The notes beneath the pieces are model-generated. The model was given only the letters and a program-made list of their open reading frames with translations, made no database searches and was not told where the DNA came from. The position numbers and the translations under genes are program-made. A stretch of DNA of 63,511 nt, counting the filler, from Platydemus manokwari (Eukaryota): NCBI GenBank assembly GCA_037951405.1. It is 5 parts of 5 records of this genome, joined end to end, with 100 filler letters (N's around TTAATTAATTAA, not from the genome) between each part and the next. Parts side by side here need not be neighbours in the genome. Positions count along the whole stretch, not along the records: positions 1 to 9,072 come from JBBMOY011304095.1; positions 9,173 to 23,521 come from JBBMOY011475862.1; 3 more parts are not named here. One strand, given 5' to 3'. Shown here one piece after another: positions 1-11,627 of this stretch (its first letter is position 1; each line of letters opens with the position of its first letter).

Positions 1-353
1 TTGACCTTCTTGAGGCATGGGCGAGTGCTGCACTTCCAAAAGATCTCTTGACCAAAGTATAGTTTCATTTCGTGGTTTAAATTACTATTATAAATTACTA
101 TTTAAATTACTATTATAAATTCAAGTGTGGTCGGGATAATGAACAAGTACCGAATTTTCTATTGTTGGGAAGAACCATGGAACATGGGTAAATATACTCA
201 GATAGTGAGAATGAGAAAATGTTCATGACTGCTAGCTCATATGAACAATTGAAGAAATACGTCGAAACAGATTCAGCGAGGTATGTTGAGGTTCGCGGAC
301 AATTTAATCCAAATCAGACTATTAAGAACGATTATCGGATAATTATTCGATAA
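1..353 (+). CDS. 3' end of an unidentified spliced gene (truncated by window edge)
   Basis: Exons <1-56, 126-187 and 236-353, joined by GT..AG introns of 69 and 48 nt, give a continuous frame: ...DLLEAWASAALPKDLLTK/CGRDNEQVPNFLLLGRTMEHG/SYEQLKKYVETDSARYVEVRGQFNPNQTIKNDYRIIIR* (TAA 351-353). Exons are more GC-rich than flanks. Family not recognised. Confidence 0.6.
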
Positions 354-858
354 TTATTGTGTATCAATGTATAAAATTGTCGAAAAAATTTCTGAAACAA
401 TTTGGGTATAAATTACCATTATTATTATTTACGTTATTTCTATGGAATATTTATAAGATTATTTTATCAGTTCCAGGAAAAAACCCTGTTAAAATTTACT
501 TAGCCATTAAAACAAATTCCAACATTAAAAATTCCTAAAATAATAAATTTCAAAAATATATTTTAATAATAATATATTTTAGTTAATAAATTCAATTTTT
601 GATTTGATTTGATTTGTACAGCAGTTATAACAGTTAATAACAGTAATATTAATAATTTTATATCCAAGTTGTAGTAATAATAATTTGTATTTAATAATTT
701 TTGTAAAAATCAATTTAACTTTCAACAACGTTCAAAGTCAATAATTCTGGTGTCAAATATAAACAATTTCGGCCAATAGAATTATATGTGCATTAATTAA
801 GATCAATTTAAAATTAAATTATAAATTATATCACTGCTGACACACCTATTGTCTTCAC

Positions 859-1252
859 TTAATAAGATTTTACTAGACGAAAAATAAGCAAAAATAGGTA
901 AATTAAACTTGTGACCTTAATAAGAACAAATTGAGGCTGATTGAGCCGACAGTGATAATCAATACAAAAAAATCGATATTGATAATAAACCTTATGAAGC
1001 CCTAGGGTAATAGACATGTAATTATGTTTGTAAAATATTAGTTCACAGAAAAGGAGAATGATAACAAAACCAAAGCTCATACTGCGTGGAAACAATCGAG
1101 CAGCATGTAAAAAACCTGGAGAGAATTTTAAAAAAAATAGGAAGAAAAATTGTAGTGTAAACATCTATACATGAGAAAAATCCCGAAAAATTCCAATATT
1201 CTGATTCCAACTCATTCCAATACAAGTATTCAGGTATTATTGATTCTGACAT
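859..1252 (-). CDS. candidate small (~97 aa) membrane protein, 3 exons
   Basis: The overlapping ORFs 1043-1252 and 859-1164 join in frame via GT..AG introns 1170-1116 (55 nt) and 1046-1002 (45 nt): MSESIIPEYLYWNELESEYWNFSGFFSCFLHAARLFPRSMSFGFVIILLFWLHKVYYQYRFFCIDYHCRLNQPQFVLIK... No homology recognised; the last exon boundary is uncertain. Confidence 0.4.
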
Positions 1253-4164
1253 ATAATTTATCTTTGCACTTTATATAAAACATTATCTTTGATAATTAAT
1301 GACATTTATTGATTATATTTATCAATATGCTCAATCATCATTTTATGATTTTGTAAAAAAGTTGTACTAAATGATTATTTTTATCTGTACGATTAAAAAA
1401 ATATATATTATTATTTATAAAATCTAAATGATTTTTTAACAAATTTAAGAAGAATCAATAAAAATAAGTAAAACAAAATAAATCAAAGTAAGAAAATTAA
1501 CAAAGTTTAATCAATTTACAATTTTATGTCACAAATTATTATCAGATGAATGGTTGAAAGTTTAAAATATCGGTACAAAGTACCGAAAAACAGTAAAATT
1601 TACGAATGATTGTCGGGTACAAAGTATCAAAAGTCGACTATTATGTAAATTGACGGAAAATTACCACAAATAACACTGACGAAAAATCTGAAGTTTGAAC
1701 TAACAAGCTAACGAAATTTACAAATTCTTAAAATGTAAATTAGCAAGTTGTAAAACACAGCTTTCGAAAATTTGTGATATTCGAAAAAAATGACTATCAG
1801 GAATCGATTAATTTGGAAAAATAATTCTGAAATTAATTTCTGTAAAACTTCCCTTTGGACCAATTATAATTTATCCCAAAAATCTATTAATTAAAATAAT
1901 AAAGGTCATAATTAAGTTCGTGCGAACTCAGAAAGATAACAATACTAATGGTTACAAATTATCCGAATGAGTTAAAGTGTGTGATCAATTTTGTGATTCG
2001 ATGTTTAATAAAATTCTAAAAGGGTATGTGTCTTTTAATGAACAACTATACACATAGATTGGTTATTGGAAACTCACTGTGTTGAGTTTATTAGCAGCCC
2101 CTGAACAACAAAAAACCAAACAATAAAATTTGCTGCCTCGAGTGAGGACTGAATGTATTTATTATAAATAGTTTGTTGTTAATGATTTGTTGTGATAATA
2201 AATTTGACTAAAGGCACATTTAATAAAATTTGATCGATAATATTATTTTGATTGTTATTGCTCATATTTCTTCATTTTTCATGTTTAATTCAAAAGACAT
2301 AATTGCAGAAAATAATCTATTTTTATAATACATTCATTTTTAACAAATATTCGATTGTCTTCAACCTTTTAAAATTAAAATTTTATAAAAAATTACTTTT
2401 TAAGTATTTTTTAAAAAATTATTCTTAACATATTTTTTAACAAATTGAGCGATCACAGTAATGTTTTGAGCGAGACCATTTTATAAATACAAATATTAAA
2501 TATTTCTAATAAAATTATTTAAAAATATTTTTTTAATTATTAATTTTAGTCTTGTTTAAATTAGAAACCTCAGAATTATTATTTTATGAAAAACATTATC
2601 ATTATTATTACCATATTATATTATCATTATTTTATAATAATTTTATATATAGATTCATTATATCCAGAGATCACGATATCTTATTATAATGAGTAGTAAT
2701 AAGCCAACAATGAATTCTTACAGGTGAATCTTCAAGCCTTTTCACATATATTGTATTGCTTGATAAGTTTTTAGTATTAAGATTCAATATTTTGTAATTC
2801 CAGTATTTATAAAATATATATATCTTTGTGGTTTGAATGTCTGTTTTTAAGTTAAGTAAATATTATCCAGTAAATTAATGATTTTTCATGCTAAAAATTG
2901 TATTTTTAAATATTTGTTTATAAATGAGACATTTTACAAGGAAATTCTGCAAAACTTATTTGGTTTTATATTAGAAATAATAATATTGAATTACTCATAA
3001 TATTTTATTGTAAATATTTTATTGATATTTGGAAAAGTATCCAGGACATTTCCGAGCCTACCGCACAATTAAATAATTATAAATAATATGAAAAAAACTT
3101 TTTAAATAAAATTAAAACAAAACCAATTTTTTTTATAAAATATCCATAAATTTTTTAAAAATTGTTTTATTACATCAAAATTAAGCGACGTCAAGGTCAG
3201 TAGAAACAATAAAATTGCATATCAACCCCTAGTTTTATAATGTTTATCAAATACATTTTATTGATTTGCGTGGTGTTATTTTATATTTAATATTTAAAAT
3301 ATTATCTTTGACTATTATCAACCGACCTTATCTAATGGAGTTCAGATGAGTTAAATATTTTGAAATAAACCCTTCTGATATAATTATATAAGTTGCTCAA
3401 TCTACTTTTACAAATCGTAGATTTGTACCTTAAACTTGAATAATCAGCCATTTTATATCAATTATCAAAATCTTTAACAGATAAAAAACACTTGTTTATC
3501 TCAATCAAAAAGGAAATAATATAAAATGACCTTCAATTAATTAATAAAAATCCGCTTTTCTATTATTTCTGCTCATAGTCGCGATAACTTATTAATACAT
3601 ATTCATTTTAAATTTAATGAGAATAATAGATGAAAAGAACAACAAGAACAGGTGTATAAAAACTTATAAATACTCTTTCATTGTTAACAAGCTTCTTTGA
3701 AAATAAACTAAAATATTACTCAGAACTTGAGTTCACCAGAATGCTCCACGGTTTCAGTTGCCTGGATCTAAAAATATCAAATATAAAATATATTAAAAAC
3801 CAAATTGAATATTAAATCAAAAATTCTAAAATTTGCTGAATACTTTAATTAAATCTTAAAAATTCGTAATTTGAAAATACATGAAAAATTTGTCTAATCC
3901 GGAATCAATCTAATCTGCACAAATTACTGTGGTTCCCAGTATTCCGGATTCAAAGAATTCTACTTTACATAAAAAAAAATAATTGATTCAGAAAAGCTCT
4001 GATTCAGTAAATCTCTTTTACAATTTATAGATTTCCTGGATAATGTTCGTTTCCTACATTCACCTCTCGATGAGTTGACTAAGCTTTGCAACGAATAATA
4101 CCATGTTATACACGAACAGAAAATTGAACAAACAAATTTTTAAATTTACTTTAAAATGTGACTT

Positions 4165-4180
4165 TATTATTATTATCATA

Positions 4181-4235
<55 letters not shown>
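4165..4235. repeat. (ATT)n microsatellite
   Basis: Directly visible; pure from 4181 to 4235. Confidence 0.95.
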
Positions 4236-4236
<1 letters not shown>

Positions 4237-6842
4237 ACTAAAAATTATTATTTAAAATTTAAAGCAAATAATTAAATATATCAGAACCTCAATTCAATCG
4301 AAGTTATTTCTATATCATTATTGGTACTCCAAAGAACCCATTATATTCGTGAATAGCCGGTACTAAATACAAACGAATAGATCGATTTGCTAGAGAAAAT
4401 TTAAAAGTTCATATTATTTTGTTAAAAATTTTATAATTTTAAAAAAGATTGATTATATCGGTAATTTCGAAACGTAAGTGATGGGAATACTGATGAAGGG
4501 TGGAATAAGCGGTAAATGCATCAAGTAGATCGTTAGATTGAATTAATTAGGTTTTGACAATTTTGTTGAGTCCTGTAATTAATTAACGATATTTTATTAA
4601 GATTTCATCAAAATACCGGTAATTAAGAATTTCATTTACAAATAAATTGCCATTCAAAAATGATCGCAATGCATCGGATTAGTCACCAAAGTATTCTCCA
4701 ATCAGTAATATGGAAATACCATGAAATAGGAAACACTGATAACATCAAATTTTCACAAAAGACTAATACATTGAAAATTGTAACCGATTGGTGACAAATA
4801 AATATAAAATATAATAAAATAAATATTAAAATAAATATATAAATAAATATAAAATCGGCAAGAAATTTTCCTTTGCCTATCGGTAGTTTATTACTATAGA
4901 AATAGAATGCGTAAATTTGTTGAAGTTGAGTGCACAATGTTCTTATATTGTTATCAGTAAGGCATTTGTTTTGAATGAATCAAAAATTCTGCCCCAATTA
5001 ATACATTTCCGGTCGAGTGTTTAGAGGGGATTATATAAGGAAATTGCCGATACCAGGTGACATTCTTTGAATGACAACAAATAATAAATGGTATGGAGTA
5101 ATAATTATTGCTAATATTTAACAACGCTAAATGTCTAAATTAAAATTTGGAATGACACGGCCCAGAATCACACTCACAATTATTAGATCAATAATCGATA
5201 CAGAGCGGGGTCAGTATATGAAAATTAGACAGCGACAAAGATAGCCATCATAGACTAGTTACTAGGAAACCACATAAAAGTCACGACAATTAACATTTGC
5301 AGATCAAGTAAGACTAGTCACTGATCTTTAGATCCAACTCCTTTTATATTCTTATCATGCATGTTCACTTGATGTCACCAGTCTTTAATTTTCATTCAAA
5401 CATCGGTTTGTTAGCAAATTTCCTTATATCTCTCGTGCCATCAGTGTATCTCTATGTTTGTTGCTTGTTGTTGGTATGTGCCAATTGATTATCGAATTTT
5501 ATGTATAGGTTGATATTTAGAAAGAATCTGATTGGCTATTCTGCGCTTTTCAAATATATGTGTCGGGTCTGATGGTTATTTCCAAAGTTTCCGTGATTAT
5601 TTCCTCGGTTTTTATAATATACTCAACATAACAAATAACAGAGAATAAGACTGAAATTACAACGTCCAAACAATAAATTTCTTGTCAAATGCACGCTGCG
5701 CAATTTCAACAATAATACGACATCATAATAGACAAAAAGCAAGGGCCTATCGAGAAGAATTTTTTTTAAGCAGGAAAGTGTCACGAAATTATCTAAATTT
5801 TTGAACAGTTTTGTGGTAAATCAATCACAAATCAATTTCTTCTTATAGTGAGAGATTTGAATCAATAGGAATTATTTATGAAAAACCACAGAGCAAATGA
5901 CTCAGTTTTTAATGAATTTAGTAGCAGTGGTTCTGAAGCGATGTTGTTGAGAAGCGATTTTCTCCTTGTTTAATAGTGGAAATCTTTATGAAATAAGGCT
6001 TGTTAGTTCACTTCAGTAAGTGTTATATTCATATAGAGTTGGGTATGGATCCCACAATGATAATAATAAATAATAATATATTATTTTTTTAATTTTCAAC
6101 ACTATTTATGATGTAATCATTTATTTATTTTCACTCATTAGAAAAGAGAAGGAGGAAACCGTTGACAAGAGATAAATTAGATAAATAAAAGAGATTAGCT
6201 AGAAAGATCAGCGCGTACATTTTCGAGTTTACTATTCAAGTGTCATTAGTCGAGGAGATGTTTTGGAGATCTAAACTTCACTTTTTTTGATCGGAATAAG
6301 ATCATTTCAATATTTTATTTAACATCCATATATAATTAATTGTCAGTTGATTGTCAACGTTTTTGTCTTCGACCCCCTTCTCCGTCCGCTTTCTGATTGC
6401 CAGTAATCCACATTCGTGATGCACTGAATATTGAATCAAATCTTTTACTTGATTCATCTTTTTATTAATATTCGGTTATTTTTTATTTTCAATAAATTTG
6501 TCTGCATAAATTTAGCTTTCTAATCATGAGCAATGACCTTTGAAATTTATTAGACATTATAAAATTAATAATGTAACTTTAATTCGATCGACAGCATCAA
6601 AATGGTAGTTATACTCAGTCTGAAATAATGATAAGAATAACATTAATACACTTTATAGACCTTTAGATATACAGTTACACTTTTTCCGATAGTGTAGTCA
6701 TCAATACTTATGATCGAAACCCCTTAGGACCAGTAAATGAAAAAAATCAAATATGAAACAAAAGTTATTTAATAAATATATTATTTCTTTTGTTAAATGA
6801 CCAAAATATAAAAAAGAAATGACCTACCTTTTGCTGAAAATT

Positions 6843-6880
6843 AGTTCAATTTCGGCCCTCCGTAGGGGCCTTCAGGAACT
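6843..6880 (-). ncRNA. degenerate minimal type I hammerhead ribozyme-like motif
   Basis: Minus strand reads AGUUC-CUGAA-GGCCC(CUACGGA)GGGCC-GAAA-UU-GAACU. Stem I AGUUC/GAACU (5 bp), stem II GGCCC/GGGCC (5 bp), GAAA core present. The CUGANGA core is 2 nt short and stem III is essentially absent. Confidence 0.4.
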
Positions 6881-6920
6881 GCAGTTGCAATGATGATGAT
6901 GGTTTTATGATATGGATAGT

Positions 6921-6978
6921 GTCCTATTTCGATGTTCCATAGGCCTTATCAGTGCCTAGGATCAGAGACAGATAGGAC
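6921..6978 (-). ncRNA. type III hammerhead ribozyme-like motif (G8A core variant)
   Basis: Minus strand reads GUCCUA-UC-UGUCU(CUGAUCCU)AGGCA-CUGAUAA-GGCCUAUGGAACAUC-GAAA-UAGGAC. Perfect stem III (GUCCUAU/AUAGGAC), AUC cleavage triplet, 5-bp stem I with one G-U, core CUGAUAA (one mismatch to CUGANGA), G10.1-C11.1 pair and GAAA. Stem II is imperfect. An outer GGAUAG/CUAUCC helix (7005-7000 with 6919-6914) extends stem III. Confidence 0.62.
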
Positions 6979-8060
6979 TAAAAGAAATCTAGAAAGTAGC
7001 TATCCGTTGATATACTAATTTAGAGACCAATTCATCAAATAATCCAAAACCCAAGATTAATATATATCCACGCAGAACTCGACGAAATTTTAAAGCGCTA
7101 ACAGGCAAAAAATTTTGACACATTATTGCCATCAGGATAAATGTTGTTGGAGTACAAAAACTTGAAGAAATCCAATTTAAAATAGGTTAGAAATTGAGCT
7201 ACGAATATGAAGGATTATCGTGGCACAATCTGATAATTAATTAAAAATAATAATTATATTATAATTAATTATTGTTATTATTATTATTGTTATCATTATT
7301 ATTATTACTATTATCAATATTATTTCTATTGTTATTATCGCTATTACTACTATTATTATTATTGTTTAAAAACAAATAAATCAATATTAATTTATAGATT
7401 TTTTGATCCAAATAAATTATTTAATACGCACTAGGTCAGTTCTTTTAAAAAGATTTTGTGTTTTAAATTATTTGTTTTAATCGAATAAAAGTTATTGTTT
7501 CATTTTGTTTTATCTCTATATCTCTATTATAGTACATCCAGCCGTCATAAAATTTCTGAAAAAATGGAAATTATAAAATTCGAAATATGATTATGATAAA
7601 TTTATTGAGAAAGTAATCAACATAAAAATTGAGTCACAAAAATAATTCTGATGATTTATTGTGTCACAATTTCTCGACAATGAACAACAGAAAGTATTCC
7701 AATATTTCAATCTGTTTGTTTTAAACGATATTTAAATAATTTATTAATTCAAAAACGTAATTTCCGGTGAAGAAGCTCCCTAGGAATTAGAATATCCGAT
7801 AACAGTTGAATATATTATTGAAACATAAATCTGTGGCTAAATTAACATTTACATTTTTCTCTTTCAAGCATTGTTTATTATCAATTTCGTTGATATGAAA
7901 AGATAATGGAGAAATTTGTCGTAATTTATTCAATTAACTACAACCGGAGAATTGTTATCGACAAATACTGGAACTATTTAGTTTTATTTGACTTTTCAAT
8001 AACTCTAATGATTTGTCATTAAACGAAATGATTTTCGAAAACAATTTTTTTGGTTTTTTT

Positions 8061-8464
8061 TATAAAATACATATTATAATAGTTGTTGCAAATAGAAATT
8101 GAAATTATAATTGTCTATTAGTCGATGTGAAATTTATATTGCCGATCCGAAACTCTGCTCAACATTAAATTTTAAATGAGCTAAATTTAAAATGAGTAAA
8201 ATTTTTAATTCTGATTTAATTCATATTTTATATAATGTCATATTTATATAAAATTAAATCCATTTGTTTAAATATTTTTACCTAAATAGATTCGCGGTGT
8301 CTTGACTTTTCAGTTCGTTTTTAATGTATGTGGTTTTAAAAATGGAAGCGGCTAACATTTATAAAATAAATATCATATTAATTGTTGCAAATAGGAATTG
8401 AAATGATAATCATATATTAGTCGATGTGAAATTTACATTGCCGATCCGAAACTCTGCTCAACAT
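8061..8464 (+). repeat. ~105 bp imperfect direct repeat (8061-8165 and 8360-8464) bracketing a 194 bp spacer
   Basis: Both copies contain TTGTTGCAAATAG-AATTGAAAT...TATTAGTCGATGTGAAATTTA(T/C)ATTGCCGATCCGAAACTCTGCTCAACAT. Confidence 0.9.
8203..8357 (+). mobile_element. dispersed repeat end, copy 1 (terminates ...GCGGCTAACA)
   Basis: GACTTTTCAGTTCGTTTTTAATGTATGTGGTTTTAAAAATGGAAGCGGCTAACA aligns by eye with copies ending at 21360 and 32644. Start approximate. Confidence 0.6.
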
Positions 8465-8961
8465 CAAGTAACGAACACAGAGTCTGATAATACATAATCC
8501 AATGAAATTGATGGTGAAATGATTATGATTTTGATAAATACATTGTATATTCTATTGATTCAATTTGAAAAACAAGCTGAAAATAATCAGGCAAATATTG
8601 TTCAAAATATATATAAATTGTTGATTGCAAAAACATTGGATTCAATCGCCATGGGACCGCGCGTTGGGAATGAACATGCTAATTCAATCCAGTCATTTTA
8701 GAATATTTTCATTTTAATAAAACATCTTTATCAGTATTTTTATTTTCTTAATCTGTTGAATATTGTCTGCATTATTTCTTAATTGATCTACTCGAATTTA
8801 ATTTTTAAGAAGAGATTATCTTATTATTTCAATAACATACGTTCTTATTTCCAAAGATTATTATTATTAATACAATTATAATTATTAATATTATCGAAAT
8901 TTTATATTATAGCTTTATTAACATGTTTATTAATATTAGTGTTATCAAAATTAAAATTACA

Positions 8962-9009
<48 letters not shown>
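8962..9009. repeat. (ATT)n microsatellite
   Basis: Directly visible, just before an assembly gap. Confidence 0.95.
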
Positions 9010-9011
<2 letters not shown>

Positions 9012-9072
9012 AAATAATTTATTCTTGAAAAGATAGTAAAATAAAATAAAATTCAATCGAAAATGAGACAAT

Positions 9073-9172
9073 NNNNNNNNNNNNNNNNNNNNNNNNNNNN
9101 NNNNNNNNNNNNNNNNTTAATTAATTAANNNNNNNNNNNNNNNNNNNNNNNNNNNNNNNNNNNNNNNNNNNN
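9073..9172. other. assembly gap with artificial TTAATTAATTAA linker
   Basis: 44 N + TTAATTAATTAA + 44 N = 100 nt; the same construction occurs four times in the window. Confidence 0.95.
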
Positions 9173-9284
9173 ATATTAAATAAATTTTCTAATAATTTAT
9201 ATTAAATTTACAAAACGTAGAAAGAAGAAAATTTACGTATCGATGTGTAAATTCAAGTCCAAAACCATCAGGCTTCAATCGTCG

Positions 9285-9315
<31 letters not shown>

Positions 9316-11083
9316 CAAATAATAAAAATATATTGGCTATACTAGAGTTTGCCATTTTTCGATTCGAATTATCAGAGCAATAGCTCATTTGGAAAGAGAT
9401 TTTATTGAATTCAATGAAGTCTTTTATTGTCTATATATATATTCATCAAAATGGTTTTGTAATGGCTTTATAATCATGTTTTGTAAATCGTTGTTGTTAT
9501 TGCTGTAATTGTTGTGATAGTCATGTTCCATATTCCACATTTACAACGTGATCATTGATTAGATTTCGATCTTTAATTTTTGATTGATGTTAAACATCAC
9601 AAAATAATTTCCCATTGCTTTTAATGGTGAATGGCGATGTGAATGACGTGGTTTTTATCGAATCTTTAAAGAAATATAAATTGGGGGCTTAAAGTCTAAT
9701 GTTTCACAGTATATTATCGTTTGATAATTATAAATATCTTATCGTTGTTAATTCAATACTTAATTTTGTTTATCATCAAGATTGTTATGAAAAAATTACT
9801 TATTGGTGTTTCATGTATTATTTATTAACATTTAGCTATTATTAATATTATTTTTATAATTATCATATTGAATATTAAATATCAGTGCCAAAGTTAGTTT
9901 TGGCGTCACAGTCATTTTAATCCAACTGTGCGAAATCATGAGACCGCGACAAGTATATTTCAATGAGCACAACATCAGGTATTTTAAATGAACACGTGGT
10001 CGCTTTAAAATAACAGTCCAGGGAATTGGTTGTTTCGTCAAATAATCACATTTTCCGTGTCAGAAATAGTTATGGCAAACCAAACTTAAAATAATATCAT
10101 GAAAAATATTTAAAGGATTTTTTCCTAGCTTACACAATAATTATTGATATTACATCGTTTATCATTTTTATTTGTCAGGAGTTTCTCATTCTCCAATTTG
10201 TTTCTTGTCAAATGATCATGTTTGAGAGGAAATTTTTAATGAACAAGTTTAATAATAATTTAATAAAAGATTGGATTAAATAGCTTTGATAATTCAGTGA
10301 TAATTTCAGAAATTAAAAACGATTTCATTGAATTACTAATTTTTTTATTAAATTATTAATAATTTAATTATATATTTATATTTACATGCCTGATTAAGAT
10401 TATCAGAACAAAGCTATTTGAAAATTTGTTTCAAAAATGTTCGATTTGTTAAAAAATAAATTAGTTAAGAAAATCGAAATAATGACTTCTTTTGTTGAAT
10501 ACTTCATATTAAGCGAAGTAGCTGCTAGTAACCTGGCGATCAATCATATTGTTGAGATATTGAGCAAATTTGTTCATGAAAAAATGCAGACGAGGAGACG
10601 ATATCGAACGGTTTATTAAAAGCTGTAATCCTTGATTATGAGATTTGGAATCTTCTAATTTTGCTGACAATATATATTAAAATAAAAGTTTGTACTGACT
10701 TCTGATCGAAATTAAAAATAATCGTCACATGATATACCACAGGTTAAGGAATCATTTTTAATGAATATGTAATGGATCAATTCTCAATTATTGTTGTGAC
10801 GTTCTTTTCAGAGGGTTTTCGAGGTTAGAAATTCGTTTGAAAACACTGAAAAAAATTTCATATCGGAAATATCAAACATATCATATTGCATATAAGCTTG
10901 AAAGTATTTTCCAATAATTTCAAAGAATACAAAAAGATTTTAATTTTAAATGATTGAAGAGACATATATGTTGATTTGTGTAGTTCTTATGATTATCAAA
11001 ACTAATTGTGGGCTCCGGTATGCCATCAAAGATTTGATTACCAGTCTCTTTATTAATATTTTAATCAGTCTCTGGTATATATA

Positions 11084-11627
11084 CCGTGCTATTCATAAGT
11101 CTCCGTCTTTAAAACTAAAATAAAACAAAAAAACACAATATAATTTATACTCACATATTTATACTCATTGATATTAATTATTATTCATTGATTAATGTGC
11201 TTTATTTCTTATTGATTAGTTGCATTATTACAATATAGCGGAAGCAGCTGGTGATGTTAAATTTTCGCTTGCGGATACAGTGTTTATAGTTAGTCATGCA
11301 ATAGTGTATCAGACTAGTGCCAAAGTTTGCCAAGAACAATCATACAACGCTCAACGAACTTGAAGAAGCAATTACACAAGAATTAATAACCATCAATCAA
11401 GAAGTCGTCCGTATATGTTATTCAAGCTTCAGGAAACGATGCTTGCCTTGTTTTGGAGCAAGATGGTTAACATTTTGAACAGTTGCTATGGAAATGGTTA
11501 TTATTTACCGTTATTTGTTCTTACTATTATTGTGTTTTGTTATCCATTAAAATAACTCAATACATTTGGTTTGTTCTTCCCGTTGTTTTATTTTATTTCT
11601 AGAGACGAAGATTTATGAATCGCACGA
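11084..11627 (+). mobile_element. internally deleted Tc1/mariner-superfamily DNA transposon (544 bp)
   Basis: Imperfect TIRs CCGTGCTATTCATAAGTCTCCGTC / GACGAAGATTTATGAATCGCACGA, flanked by TA on both sides. The interior (~11323-11487) encodes KNNHTTLNELEEAITQELITINQEVVRICYSSFRKRCLPC/(frameshift)LEQDG*HFEQLL, matching the typical C-terminus of mariner-like transposases (..C....G.HFE.LL). Confidence 0.85.

Noticed and set aside
2070-2150. Cluster of small hairpins (AAACTCA/TGAGTTT, GCAGC/GCTGC, CCTC/GAGG)
   Set aside because: No recognisable snRNA, SL RNA or ribozyme consensus; stems are short.
5428-5441. 14-nt inverted match to 51957-51970 (ATGGCACGAGAGAT)
   Set aside because: Does not extend; matches of this length are expected by chance in 63 kb.
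6854-6870. GGCCCTCCGTAGGGGCC resembles a histone 3' stem-loop
   Set aside because: 17 nt rather than 16, loop not U-rich, and no histone ORF upstream; better explained as hammerhead stem II on the minus strand.
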